A stretch of 64,000 bases of DNA from a virus (lineage: Duplodnaviria; Caudoviricetes). Under the pieces are notes generated by a model. It saw only the letters and a list, made by a program, of their open reading frames with translations. It was not told where the DNA came from and ran no database searches. Shown piece after piece: positions 1 to 10,900 of this stretch. Numbering within the stretch: position 1 is the first letter of the stretch; each line of letters opens with the position of its first letter. The DNA lies in IMG/VR virus record IMGVR_UViG_3300044644_000283, positions 519 through 64,518 of that record; one strand, given 5' to 3'. The translations under genes and the position numbers were made by a program.

Positions 1-1497
1 GTTCAAGCGGCAGCAGATGCCCAAGCGGCTGCGGATGCAAAAGCTGCGGCTGAGGCAAAAGTCGCTGCCGATACTAAGGCGGCCATTGAAGCTCAAGCTA
101 AGGCTGCCGCCGAGGCCAAGGCTGCTGCGGAAGCTAGGATTGCTGCGGAAGCTAAAGCCGCCGCTGATGCAAAGGCTGCGGCAGATGCACAGGCAGCCGC
201 CGACGCTGCTGCAAAAGCCGCTGCTGCGAAGGCTGCTGCTGACCAAGCTGCCGCCGATGCCGCTGCCAAAGCCGCTGCCGATGCTGATGCGGCCACTAAA
301 GCACAAGCTGAAGCTGCTTCTGCCGCCGCCGCTGCTGCTGCTGCAAAATCTGCCGCTGATGCCAAAGCAGCCTCTGACGCTGCCGCTGCTGCTGCCGCCG
401 CAAAATCGGCTGCGGAGGCTAAGGCTGCGGCTGATGCCAAGGCGGCTGCGGATGCCCAAGCGGCTGCGGATGCGGCTGCTGCACAAGCCGCTGCAAATGC
501 TCAAGCGGCTTCTGATGCGGAAGCTGCTGCAAAAGCGCAGGCCGCAGCAGACGCTCAAGCCGCTGTCGATGCAAAAGCCGCAGCAGATGCCCAAGCTGCC
601 GCTGACGCACAGGCTGCTGCTAACGCAGCCCTGACAGCCTTGACTAAAGCCAAAACCAACGTCAACACAAATACAGCAACCGATGCATCTACTGATGCGG
701 CAACGGATGCGGCTACAGATGCGGCTACAAGCGTTACAACCAATGCAGCCACTAACGCAAATACAAACGCTGCGACCAATGCCGCTACAAATGTAGCAAC
801 CAACACAAATGCGGCAACAAATACCGCAACTGATGCGGCAACCGATGTAACCACAAACACTGCAACAGATTCAAATGTAAACAGTAACGTTACAACATCG
901 CCAAATGTTAATGTCAACAGCAATGTCACAACAAGTCCGACCGTCACAACGACACCGACTGTTACGACCTCGCCTACAGTAACCACTACTCCGACCGTCA
1001 AAACAGATGTAAACGTTTCATCTCCTGACGTGCTGCAAGTTGGCGATGTAACCATTCCCGGCGTTTACACACCCCCGGATGTGTTAACGCCAGTTACGCC
1101 AACTACGCCAATTACAACAACTCCAACGGTTACGGAAGTTCCGACAACCAAGACACCGACCAAGAAAACATCTACGCCAACTCAAACGCAGATGCCACAA
1201 AGCGGTGGCGGGGGAGAGGCTGTGGCCGCTCCGTTGGCAAGTGTGTTCTATTACGGCAAGGACTTTGGCGGTCAGAAACAGCAAGTCGCCCCAACAGGCG
1301 ATTTGATGATGAGTCCGTACCACGAGTTAAGTGTTACCAAGGCTGGAGCAGAACCAGAGCCGCAAGCAATTCCTGTTGCACAAGAGGCAAAAGGCGGCGA
1401 AAATGACATATCTGCGTTACTCCAGCAAATCATGTCTTCGGGCGACAACAATATGACGCAAGAAGAGTTAATGCAAATTATTCAAGCAAGAGGCTAA
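1..1497 (+). CDS. C-terminal part of a large Ala-rich / Thr-Pro-rich virion (ejection-type) protein, 5' truncated
   Basis: Frame 1 is open from base 1 (VQAAADAQAAADAKAAAEAK...) and continues into the listed 640..1497 ORF; ADA(K/Q)AA repeats, then TNAA and PTVTT repeats. Confidence 0.8.
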   Translation, partial: VQAAADAQAAADAKAAAEAKVAADTKAAIEAQAKAAAEAKAAAEARIAAEAKAAADAKAAADAQAAADAAAKAAAAKAAADQAAADAAAKAAADADAATKAQAEAASAAAAAAAAKSAADAKAASDAAAAAAAAKSAAEAKAAADAKAAADAQAAADAAAAQAAANAQAASDAEAAAKAQAAADAQAAVDAKAAADAQAAADAQAAANAALTALTKAKTNVNTNTATDASTDAATDAATDAATSVTTNAATNANTNAATNAATNVATNTNAATNTATDAATDVTTNTATDSNVNSNVTTSPNVNVNSNVTTSPTVTTTPTVTTSPTVTTTPTVKTDVNVSSPDVLQVGDVTIPGVYTPPDVLTPVTPTTPITTTPTVTEVPTTKTPTKKTSTPTQTQMPQSGGGGEAVAAPLASVFYYGKDFGGQKQQVAPTGDLMMSPYHELSVTKAGAEPEPQAIPVAQEAKGGENDISALLQQIMSSGDNNMTQEELMQIIQARG

Positions 1498-1498
1498 T

Positions 1499-2452
1499 AT
1501 GGAAGACTGGCTAGGCGAACTTATCGGGATTGACCCAAATAGCACCAGCAGCAATTTTGGTAACAACTACACATCTAACGCAGATCTGTTTTCCCAAATC
1601 ACTGGCGGTGGTGGCAACTCTAGTCTGCTAAGTAGCCTTGGCAGCATTCTGTCCGGTGGTTCTGGCACAACTGCTCAATTGGCCAGTCTGGGTGGTTTGG
1701 GTGCTTTGCTCAATTCCATCGGTGGTTCTAGCGGTAGCGGGTACAAAGGCTATCAAGGAAGCATACCTAAGTACACAGCTTCACGTACACAGTACGCTCC
1801 ACCTGTCAGCACCGTAGGCATGGGCTACAAGCCATCCGACGCAGAGGTAATGGATTACCTCAAGCGCCCCGGTTTAAACGACGCAATGATTGCCCGTTCT
1901 ATGAACGAGTTTGGTGTTTCTCCAGAGCGTATTGCCGACGTAACCAAGGCTCCCGTGGCTGACATTCAATCACGTTATCAGGCTGCGATGGGGCCAAATG
2001 CGGGTATTGCCCGTCGCCCCGGCTCAGGTGGTGTGACGTATTTCTCACCCATGGTTTACACGCCCCAAGCTGCTGCTCCAGCCGCTCCTGTGGAAGCAGC
2101 GCCAGTAACGCAACCTGTGGCAACTGAACCTGAAAAGTATGCATCTGGCGGTATGGCTGCGGGTGGATTGGGTTCTTTGGGTGGTTACTCCGACGGTGGA
2201 CAGCTTCTGCGCGGCCCCGGTGATGGTGTATCTGACGACATCCCTGCCATGATTGGTGACAAACAGCCTGCCCGTCTGGCAGATGGTGAGTTTGTTGTGC
2301 CTGCTCGTATTGTTTCCGAACTGGGCAACGGTTCTACAGAAGCGGGCGCACGTAAACTCTACGCCATGATGGATCGTATTAAGAAGGCTCGTGGCAAGAG
2401 CATGAAAAACATCGCAGCCAACAGCAAGGCTGACAAACATTTACCAGCGTAA
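1499..2452 (+). CDS. Internal virion/ejection protein with C-terminal GPGDGxSDxIPA...LADGEFVVPA domain
   Basis: YASGG/YSDGG followed by GPGDGVSDDIPAM..LADGEFVV, a motif recurrent in phage tape-measure and ejection proteins; position in late operon. Confidence 0.7.
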   Translation: MEDWLGELIGIDPNSTSSNFGNNYTSNADLFSQITGGGGNSSLLSSLGSILSGGSGTTAQLASLGGLGALLNSIGGSSGSGYKGYQGSIPKYTASRTQYAPPVSTVGMGYKPSDAEVMDYLKRPGLNDAMIARSMNEFGVSPERIADVTKAPVADIQSRYQAAMGPNAGIARRPGSGGVTYFSPMVYTPQAAAPAAPVEAAPVTQPVATEPEKYASGGMAAGGLGSLGGYSDGGQLLRGPGDGVSDDIPAMIGDKQPARLADGEFVVPARIVSELGNGSTEAGARKLYAMMDRIKKARGKSMKNIAANSKADKHLPA

Positions 2453-2461
2453 GGTTTAAAC

Positions 2462-3352
2462 ATGGCTACTTCACCTATTGCAGGACTAACCCCAACTACC
2501 GGCGGTTCATCATCCTCCACTCTGTCTGAGTGGGCAGGCCCGTATGTAACAGAGATGCTTGGCAAAGCCCAAGCAATTGCTGACCAGCCTTACGCTGTGT
2601 ACGGTGGCCCACAGACTGCGGGTGAGTCAGGCTTACAGTCCAAAGTCTTCCAAGGCTTGGGTAATCTGTCCTTCCCCGGCCAGCTTGGTCAAACATTTAG
2701 CTCTACAGGTGCGTACCAGCCTCCTGCTATGGGTGGTGATGCGTTTACACCGGCTCCTGTAGGAATGGGTGCTGGTGCACCAACAACTCCCGGAGCAACA
2801 ACTCCCGCACAGCCTACTGGCGTAGCTGCTCAGTACATGAACCCATACTTGCAGTCTGTCCTTCAGCCTCAGTTGGAAGAGATGCGTCGCCAGTCACAGA
2901 TAAACTTACAGCCCGGTCTGACTAAGTTAACCCAAGCCGGTGGTTATGGTGGTGGCCGTCAGGCCATTATGGAGTCTGAAGCTAACCGTAATCTGTTGCA
3001 AGAGCAAAACAAGGCGATCGGCACAGGCTACGCCAACGCCTATGACAAAGCCATGGGCCAATTCAACACCGAGCAGGCTCAGGCTAAGACTTTGGCTGAC
3101 ATGATGTCTGAGGCCGGTGGTCAACAGCGTGGCATTGAGCAACAAGGCATCAGCGCAGACTACAACGAATTCCTTGCACAGCGTGATGATCCAATGAAGA
3201 AGACGCAGTATTTGCAGTCTATGCTCCAAGGTCTGCCTATCTCGACAGTTACCAACACAGCCGCCCAACAAACTGGTCTTGGCTCTTTGGTGTCTTCCAT
3301 CGGTGGCATGGGTTCCATCATGGACTCTCTCAAGAAATTTAATCTGACCTAA
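2462..3352 (+). CDS. Internal virion / DNA pilot-like protein
   Basis: YMNPY and GGYGGGRQAIMESE motifs, Gln/Gly-rich, Gly-rich hydrophobic C-terminus; SD TAAGG. Confidence 0.65.
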   Translation: MATSPIAGLTPTTGGSSSSTLSEWAGPYVTEMLGKAQAIADQPYAVYGGPQTAGESGLQSKVFQGLGNLSFPGQLGQTFSSTGAYQPPAMGGDAFTPAPVGMGAGAPTTPGATTPAQPTGVAAQYMNPYLQSVLQPQLEEMRRQSQINLQPGLTKLTQAGGYGGGRQAIMESEANRNLLQEQNKAIGTGYANAYDKAMGQFNTEQAQAKTLADMMSEAGGQQRGIEQQGISADYNEFLAQRDDPMKKTQYLQSMLQGLPISTVTNTAAQQTGLGSLVSSIGGMGSIMDSLKKFNLT

Positions 3353-3361
3353 GGATTCAAG

Positions 3362-4957
3362 ATGAATCTGATCCAAGTACAAGAGCACCTCAAAGACATG
3401 CCCATGAGGGCAATCATGGAATATGCAAACGGGAAGAACCCACAGGTTCCTCCCTATTTGGCTTTGGGCGAGTTGAATCGTCGCAAGCAGATGGAGCAGT
3501 CTGCAAGGAATCCTCAAGCTCCGGACGGCACAGTTAAAGAGCGTCTAGAGAAAGAACTGACAGGCCAAGCCACAGATCTGATGCAGGCCGGAGCCGCTAA
3601 ACAAGCGCAGTCCAATCAGCAGTTACAGCAAGGCTTGATGGCTCAACCACAGCCAGTGCCTGAAGGTACACCTCAGCCCCCTCAACCAGAGGAAGAGATG
3701 CCTCAGATGGCTGGTGGGGGTTTGACGGCTCTTCCAGTGGGTGACATGTTTAAATTTGCCTCCGGTGGAGGCGTTGTTGCTTTTGCTGAAGGTGATTTGA
3801 TTCGTGATCCCATGACGGGAGCAGTCATTAGCTCTAGCGAACAGTCAGATGATGATCGCACCTTGATGGAACGACTGGGTATCTTTAACCCAGAGAACCG
3901 TCGTGCCATTGAGCGTGGTGAACGCGAGGCTCGTAAGACTCCTGCTAAAGAAGAGAAGAAAACAGTAGCTCCTGCCGCTGAAGCTCCTCCAGTAGCTGAA
4001 GCTCCCGTAGCTGTTCCTCCTTCTCCTGCTCCAGCACCTATGGGTATCCCTGCGGCTATTGGGATGCCTAAGGCTCCTACGTTTACAGCACCTGCATCCG
4101 ACGACTACAGCACAAAGCTTGCTGCGTTTAAAGCAGCTAACCCCGGACTTGCAGGTAGCGAGTTCCAAGGCTTGTTGGACAAGATCGCTAAACAAGACGA
4201 AGCCGACCGTGCTCGTTTTATGACTCAGGAGAAAGGCCGTACACGTGCTGACTTCTGGCAGGCGCTTATTGATGCGGGTGAATCTACCCGTGGTCAAAAA
4301 GGCATCGGTGCTTTGCTGGGTGGCTTTGGTAGATCTGCTGGCGCTTCACAAGCCAAAGCAGATGAGCGTGCAGATGCACAAGCCAAGATGCGTCGTGACC
4401 AAGAACTTGGCATGGCTAAGATGCGTTCAGAACTGGAAGCAGCACGCCGCGCCGAAGCTCGTGGAGACTTTGAAGCAGCGTTTAAACACAAGCAAGATGC
4501 TGACAAGATTGCTCGTGATCTGCAACAGACTGAGTTCTCTAACAAAATGGACATTGCTAAGTTGCAAGAGCAAGCCCGTGGTCACAACATCACGGCTTCT
4601 CAAGCTAACCGTGCGCCTGCGTTGATTCAGATGGCTCAAGAGATCCAACGCCAGAATCCTAAGATGACGTTTAACGAAGCTCTGGAGCGTGCCAGCCTTG
4701 CACAGCAAGGTGCTCAGTATCAAAGCGCAGACACACGTATGCAACAGGCTATCGAAAACGCATACAAGGAAGAGCGTCCGCATGATCCGAAGATGATTCC
4801 GTTCATGGCTAAGACACCTGAAGAGCGTCAAAAAATGATGCAAGAAAATGAGGCCGCATACAACCGAATTCGTGCTAGATTTGGGGTAGGCGCAAAGGGG
4901 CCGCAAACTGACCCTAACGCTCCCACTCCCGGTTTTGGCCAAGCACGTCCTAAGTAA
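3362..4957 (+). CDS. Internal virion/ejection protein, coiled-coil
   Basis: 531-aa ORF with SD; MAGGG/FASGG motifs; long helical Ala/Glu/Gln-rich C-half. Confidence 0.65.
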   Translation: MNLIQVQEHLKDMPMRAIMEYANGKNPQVPPYLALGELNRRKQMEQSARNPQAPDGTVKERLEKELTGQATDLMQAGAAKQAQSNQQLQQGLMAQPQPVPEGTPQPPQPEEEMPQMAGGGLTALPVGDMFKFASGGGVVAFAEGDLIRDPMTGAVISSSEQSDDDRTLMERLGIFNPENRRAIERGEREARKTPAKEEKKTVAPAAEAPPVAEAPVAVPPSPAPAPMGIPAAIGMPKAPTFTAPASDDYSTKLAAFKAANPGLAGSEFQGLLDKIAKQDEADRARFMTQEKGRTRADFWQALIDAGESTRGQKGIGALLGGFGRSAGASQAKADERADAQAKMRRDQELGMAKMRSELEAARRAEARGDFEAAFKHKQDADKIARDLQQTEFSNKMDIAKLQEQARGHNITASQANRAPALIQMAQEIQRQNPKMTFNEALERASLAQQGAQYQSADTRMQQAIENAYKEERPHDPKMIPFMAKTPEERQKMMQENEAAYNRIRARFGVGAKGPQTDPNAPTPGFGQARPK

Positions 4958-4965
4958 GAATCAAT

Positions 4966-7900
4966 ATGCCTTTATACGAGATCAAAGCTCCCGATGGTCG
5001 CACGTATGAAATTGAAGGCCCAGTAGGCGCAACCCAACGACAGGTTGAAGCCGAGGTGCTCCGTCAGTTTCCTATGGCGGGTAAAACCACACAAGAACTG
5101 GAAGCCGCACCCCGTGCTCCCAGTACCTTAAAGGACATTGGTCTTGCTACAGGGCAAGGTTTGGCGGGAGGCATTCAGTCTCTCACCAACTTGTTTGGCG
5201 TTGACAATGCCGCTTCTAAAGCATTGGGCAACGTTCAGCAGTCTGCGTTTGAAGCACTGTCTCCCGCCCGTAAGGAAGAGATTGCACGTCGCCAAGAGTT
5301 ACAGGAACGTGCCAAGGGTGACTTAGGAAAAGAGATCTCTACAGGTGTCGGTGGCTTCTTTGAAGCCCCTTTGCAGACAGGTTTGCAAGCACTAGCTTCC
5401 AGTGCTCCTATCATTGCAGGCGGCTTGATCCCCGGTGGTCAGATTGCCGCAGGCGCAAGTCTTGGTGCTAGAGCCTTAGCAGGCGCACGTGGAGCCACTG
5501 GTATCGGTGGCTTAATGGGAGTTGGTGGTCAGAAGGGCCAAGACTACGAGGCGGTTAAACAAGCCTTGTTAGCCAAGGGCGTAGACCCCATGATTGCAGA
5601 GCAGAAAGCCCAAGAGGCGGCTGCTTACTCATTGGAGAACTTGCCCCGTCAAGCATTGGCTGGCGGTGCAGGCGCATTGGAAGGTGCATTCGGTATTGAA
5701 CAAGCCTTGGCTAATGCGGCCAAGAAAGTCAGCAAAGCTAACGGCGCTGCGGCTCTGGATGCTCCAACGTTTAAACAAGCTGTTGGCACATCTGTGCTGG
5801 GCGAAGCTGCACCTGAAGCCGTACAGGCCGGTGTTGGTCAAGTCGGTACTAACGTCGCTTTGAATCAAGCTGGTATTGCCACAGACCTGACTGAAGGTTT
5901 GGCCGGTACAGTTGCTCATGATGCGTTGGTCGGTGCAGTGTTGGGTCTTGCAGTCTCCCCTGCACAGATGTCTAATCTGCAACGCTCACATCAACAGGCT
6001 AAAGCTAATGCACAAGCAGAGAAACAAGCTCAATTCGACCAAGAACGTCAAGCTGCTAATGAGAAAGCAATGGCAGAACGTGCTGTTCTGGAGAAACAAA
6101 CAGAAGACATCCGTCGAGAGATGGAGCAAAAGCAAGCTATTGCTCTTCCTGCACCGGCTGAAGAAATCCCCGCTGAAGAAGTACAAGTTGACCCGCTCAA
6201 GAATCCTCTAGGCAACATCCGTAAGAACGAAGTTCCCTTTGACATCTATAAGCAGATCGATGACTACCGCAAACAGGCTGGACTTCCCAAGCTCAAGGAG
6301 TACTCGATTGAGGACTTTGTGGATGCTATGCCGGGTGTCAACCCCAAGGCAGAACAAGCTCTGCTTGACGAACTCATTACTGCCAAGTCTGGTTATGCCG
6401 GTGAGAAATACACCGCAGAAGATATTCTGAACCAAGCCAAGCGCAAGAAGGTTGAGACAAAGACACAAGGCTTTGCCGACTTTCTGGCCCGGACAACCGG
6501 TGTAAACGCACTGGAGAAGATGTCCCAGCCGCAGCTACACGCTGCGTTTAAAGCACTGGCTAATCTCCCAGAAGCTACAGACCTAAACATCTTGCCCGAA
6601 GGCACAAACGCCCGACGCTTTGATGACAAACAATATGCCCGCGCCCTCAAAGGCGTGGACATGTTCCTGAATGATTTAGGTGCGCCTGCTGATCCCAAGC
6701 AAGTCATCGACACCATTAAGGAATACACAAACCTTACAGAAGACTCACACGCTGGCGCTATCCTTGATGCCGCCATCAAGAATGGTGATGTGGACTTGAT
6801 CAAGTCTGCACGCTATGAAGTCTACGACCCCAAGACCGGCAATGCTTTGCCGTCCACCTACGCATCTAAGACTGCCGCACAGGCTGCGGCTGCCAAGCGT
6901 GGTTTAAACGTACGACAGATTACAACGGATGCGATTGGCTCACCAACCACCTCCGCCACGTTGCCCGAAGGATTTGACATCCGTGAAGGCTCGTTTAAAG
7001 AGGGTGAAGCTCCAGCAGGCTACGAAGTTTCCGCCGGGGAAGAAGTCCTGTTTAAAGCCAACACAGTCGAAGAAGCCAACGCCAAGAAGGCAAGTTTTGA
7101 GCGTACTCGTGCCGGTATGGCTAACGCTCGTGAGAACCAAATCACGCAGTTAAACAACGCGGTTGAAGCCAGCCAGAAACGTTTAAACACATTAGAAGCA
7201 CAAGGCAAAGGCCAGACGACTCAGTACGAGAAGGCGGCCGGTCGCCATGCTAAGTTGGTCGAAGAGACTCAGGCAAAGATTGCCACCCTGACAGACGAGA
7301 TTGCTAAGTACGATCCCAAGGCTACACCGCTAGAGGTCAAGCCTACGGGCACTAAAGCCGTTGGCCGTAAGGGCTACACCGTGTTTGATCAAGGTCAGGC
7401 TAAGGCTACCTACCCCACCCGTCAAGCGGCTGAAGAAGGCATCTTGGCCGACATGGATGAGAAGCAACTGCAAGAGTTGTCTCAACAGCAAGGCCGTCGT
7501 GCCATCGGTAAGAAGGCTGAAGCTGAAATCAAACGCAGAACTGCCGCTCCACAGACTGAAGGCAAGAAAGTTTCTGAAGTCTTAGGGGACATTGAAACCA
7601 AGAAAGCCAAGGCTCAAGAGAAGCCTGAGACTCCCGGAGCCAAGGAACGCATGGCTCAGTTTGAGGCATTGCTTGGCCCCATGCTGAAGAAGTTTGGCTT
7701 GGAAGATGTCAGCCTGAAGATCGTTGAAGATCTCAAGGCAGAAGGTTCTTACGCCAAGAAAGTCATTCAGATTGCTTTGGACTTGGGCGACCCTGTGCGT
7801 GTTCTGCGTCATGAGTCTGTCCACGCCCTGAAAGAACTGGGCTTCTTTACGCCTCAGCAGTGGAAAGCCTTGGAGCGTATGGCCAAGGATCAGTGGATCG

Positions 7901-10900
7901 ACAAGTATTTGAAGAACCGTCAGGCCATGTACAACGGACAGCCTATGTCCCGTTATGACGCTTATGTACAAGAGTACAAAGGCGACATGGACAAGGTTAC
8001 TGAAGAAGCAATCGCTGATGCGTTTGCTGACTTTGCCAATAACAAAGCTCCGGCCGGTATGCTGGCCTCGCTGCTCAAACGTTTAAACGACTTCTTTGCG
8101 GCGCTGCGTAATGCATTGGCTGGCGCAGGCTTCCAAACCTTTGAAGATGTATTCGGCAAGGTTGAGCGTGGCGAACTGAAAGCCGGTAAAGCCACAGAAG
8201 GTGGCGAGAAGATGTCGTTGGCGGGAGAAGGAGTTCCTTTCTCTACACGTGGCATCATGGAACGCAAGACCAGCACAGCCCAGCAGGAGTTGGGTTTAAA
8301 CACTGAAGCTGTCCGCAACCGATTCAACAACGTCCGCGACATCGCCAAGGCTTTGAACCAGTACACACTGGATCAGTTTGGTGCGATGGATCGCAACAAC
8401 CTCACGCCACAACAAGCTACGCAGATTGCCCAAGCTATTGCGGACGAGGTGGCCTACCAACTGGGTACAACCGCCAAGACTGGTACAGGTCTGGGTTGGT
8501 ACTCCAACAACTATCCTAATGCCGTTAGCCGACTGGCCGAGCGTTTCCCTGAGCTTGCAGAAAACAAACATGCCCGCTCAGTGTTCTCAGCTTTGGTTGC
8601 AGTGACATCCAACGGTGAGAAGGTTACTAAGAACATCGACAACGCCATCAAGCTGTACGCTGATCTGCGTGAGGGTAAACCCTTGGTTGCCATGGGTAAC
8701 CGTAGGGCTACAGCCCTAGAGAACAACCTTGTCATGATTCAAGAGTTGCTTGACACCCACGGTGAAGACTTTGAAAAGGTTCTGCTCCAAGAGATCACAG
8801 TCAAGGAAATGAATGCCAGACTGCGGGAACGTGGTGAAGACACTGACGGTAGCTACTTGGCCAACACTGTTGTGCCTGCGGCCGCTGTGTACTTCGGCCC
8901 TAAGCTTGGCGCGTTCTACGCCAACCTGTCCGGCTCAGAAGGTTACCTGACCATGGACTTGTGGTGGACTCGCTCCATCAACCGTATGCGTGGCCTGTTG
9001 ATGCCTAAGGCTACGGAGGCTTCTATTGAGAAGTTCCGTGACATGATGGATCAGCCTGACGCAACCCGTGATGAAGTGGTTGCCGCAACGATTCCTTTGC
9101 GTAACAAGTACGAGGAATACGGTTGGAACACTGAACTTGAACACTTGACCGGATCGAAAGAACCCGCCAAGAAAGATGAGAAAGACGCATGGTTCAAGAA
9201 GGCCAAGCGCAAGGCGGCTGAAGCCTATGACCAACTTCTGTACGAACACAACTTGGAAAAGATGGCTAACACCATCTACAAGAACGAGTTTGAGATGTTG
9301 GAAGAGGCTCCGTTTACAGCCACCGATCGTAAGTTCATGTACGACGCAGGCCGTAAGGCACAGCAGATGTTGCGTAATGAAGGCATCGATCTGACACTGG
9401 CCGACATTCAAGCGGCTTTGTGGTACTACGAAAAGCGTCTATACGAAAAATTAAGCGGAAGGAAAGCAGATGACATCGGATATGAAGAAGCAATCATCGC
9501 CCAAGCCCGTGAGGGTGATGGACGAGCGCGACCCAGTGTGGTCTTCAGTGAAGGATCTGACGGTGGGGTTAGACCCAAAGGAAAGAGCCAAGGCGCTGAT
9601 GCAGTTCGTGGCGAGTTTGAAGAAGACGAACGCCTAAGCCTGCGTGACTTTACAGAAACGCCTGAGTTTAAAGCTTGGTTCAAAGACAGCAAGATTGTTG
9701 GTCAGCGTACAGGCGAACGTGATGCGCGTGGCCGTCTGTTAGAAGATAAAACCAAGCCAAAAATCATGTACCACGGCACTGCCCGTGACATTACTTCGTT
9801 TAGACCAAAACAGGCTAACGCCATTTTTGTGACGGCGGATAGTGCATTTGCCGAAGATTTTGCTGACGCATCCGAGGAGTACATTAAAAAAGAATTACTG
9901 TACACCTTGCCCGAAGAGGAGCAGAAACGTTTAGTTCAAGACGCTATCAAACTTGCGTTGAAGAACAAAGAAATTACTCAAACAGAGTTTAAACGTTTAA
10001 ATACTAATACGGTAAATCAAGCGTTAGAGACTGCGGCTGTTCAGGATAATGTTTCCAAAGTATTAAAAGACCGCATGACCACCGGTCAAAATGTTATGCC
10101 TGTGTATGTCAGCGCACAGAAGCCTTTTGACTATGACAATGCCGCTCATGTGCAACAAGTGGTTGATGAGTTAAACAAGAGCTTTGACAGCTATGGCCGG
10201 AAGATCGGTAATCAAGAGAAACCTTATATTGCTACCGGCAGTTGGGAAACAATTGAAAACCGCAAAGTACAAAAAGCAATACGTGATTTAGGATTTGATG
10301 GCTTCTACGTTAAAGAAGCTGGTACTAAGAACCTTGCTGTCTATGAGCCGTCGCAAATCAAATCTGCTATTGGCAACATCGGCACATACGACGCTACCAA
10401 TCCTGACATCCGCTACAGCATGCGTGATGCCGCAGATACGTTTGATCCAAAGGCGCTTGAGCAATATGCAACGCAAAGCTCTAAGTCCAAGATCAAACTG
10501 GTCAACATGGACATCGATGACTTCTTGCGCTTGGCCGAGTTTGGCTATGACAAGAACAAAGAAGCTGGCGCAGAACAACGTTTAAATGCCGGTATTAAAT
10601 CCAGCACGCTGCCGGGCCTGACTGTTTACACGAAGGATGGCGATCTCAGAGTGACGGGTCACGAAGGTCGTCACCGTGCACGTGCCTTGCAAAAGGCGGG
10701 GTACTCCACGATGCCTGTGCTGTGGGAGTCCAACATCATTTGGGGTGCACAGACTGACCCCGAAGCATGGGGCTACGAAGCCAAATGGCCTGACCGCGTT
10801 TACGCTCAGAAAGGTGCGCTGCACGAGTACGCATCTATTCCTATGCCGTTTACACGCGAAGAAGCTGGCCAAGATTACGCCGGGCCACAGAAGCAAGAGC

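Noticed and set aside
17-634. 205-aa Leu/Pro/Arg-rich ORF and antisense Ala-rich ORFs (93..440, 555..1055)
   Set aside because: Off-frame and antisense shadows of the GCN-rich repeat gene in frame 1
1-1000. Repeats as a possible CRISPR array
   Set aside because: Codon-level degenerate repeats with no constant repeat and unique spacer pattern; the Cas4-like nuclease sits in a recombination module
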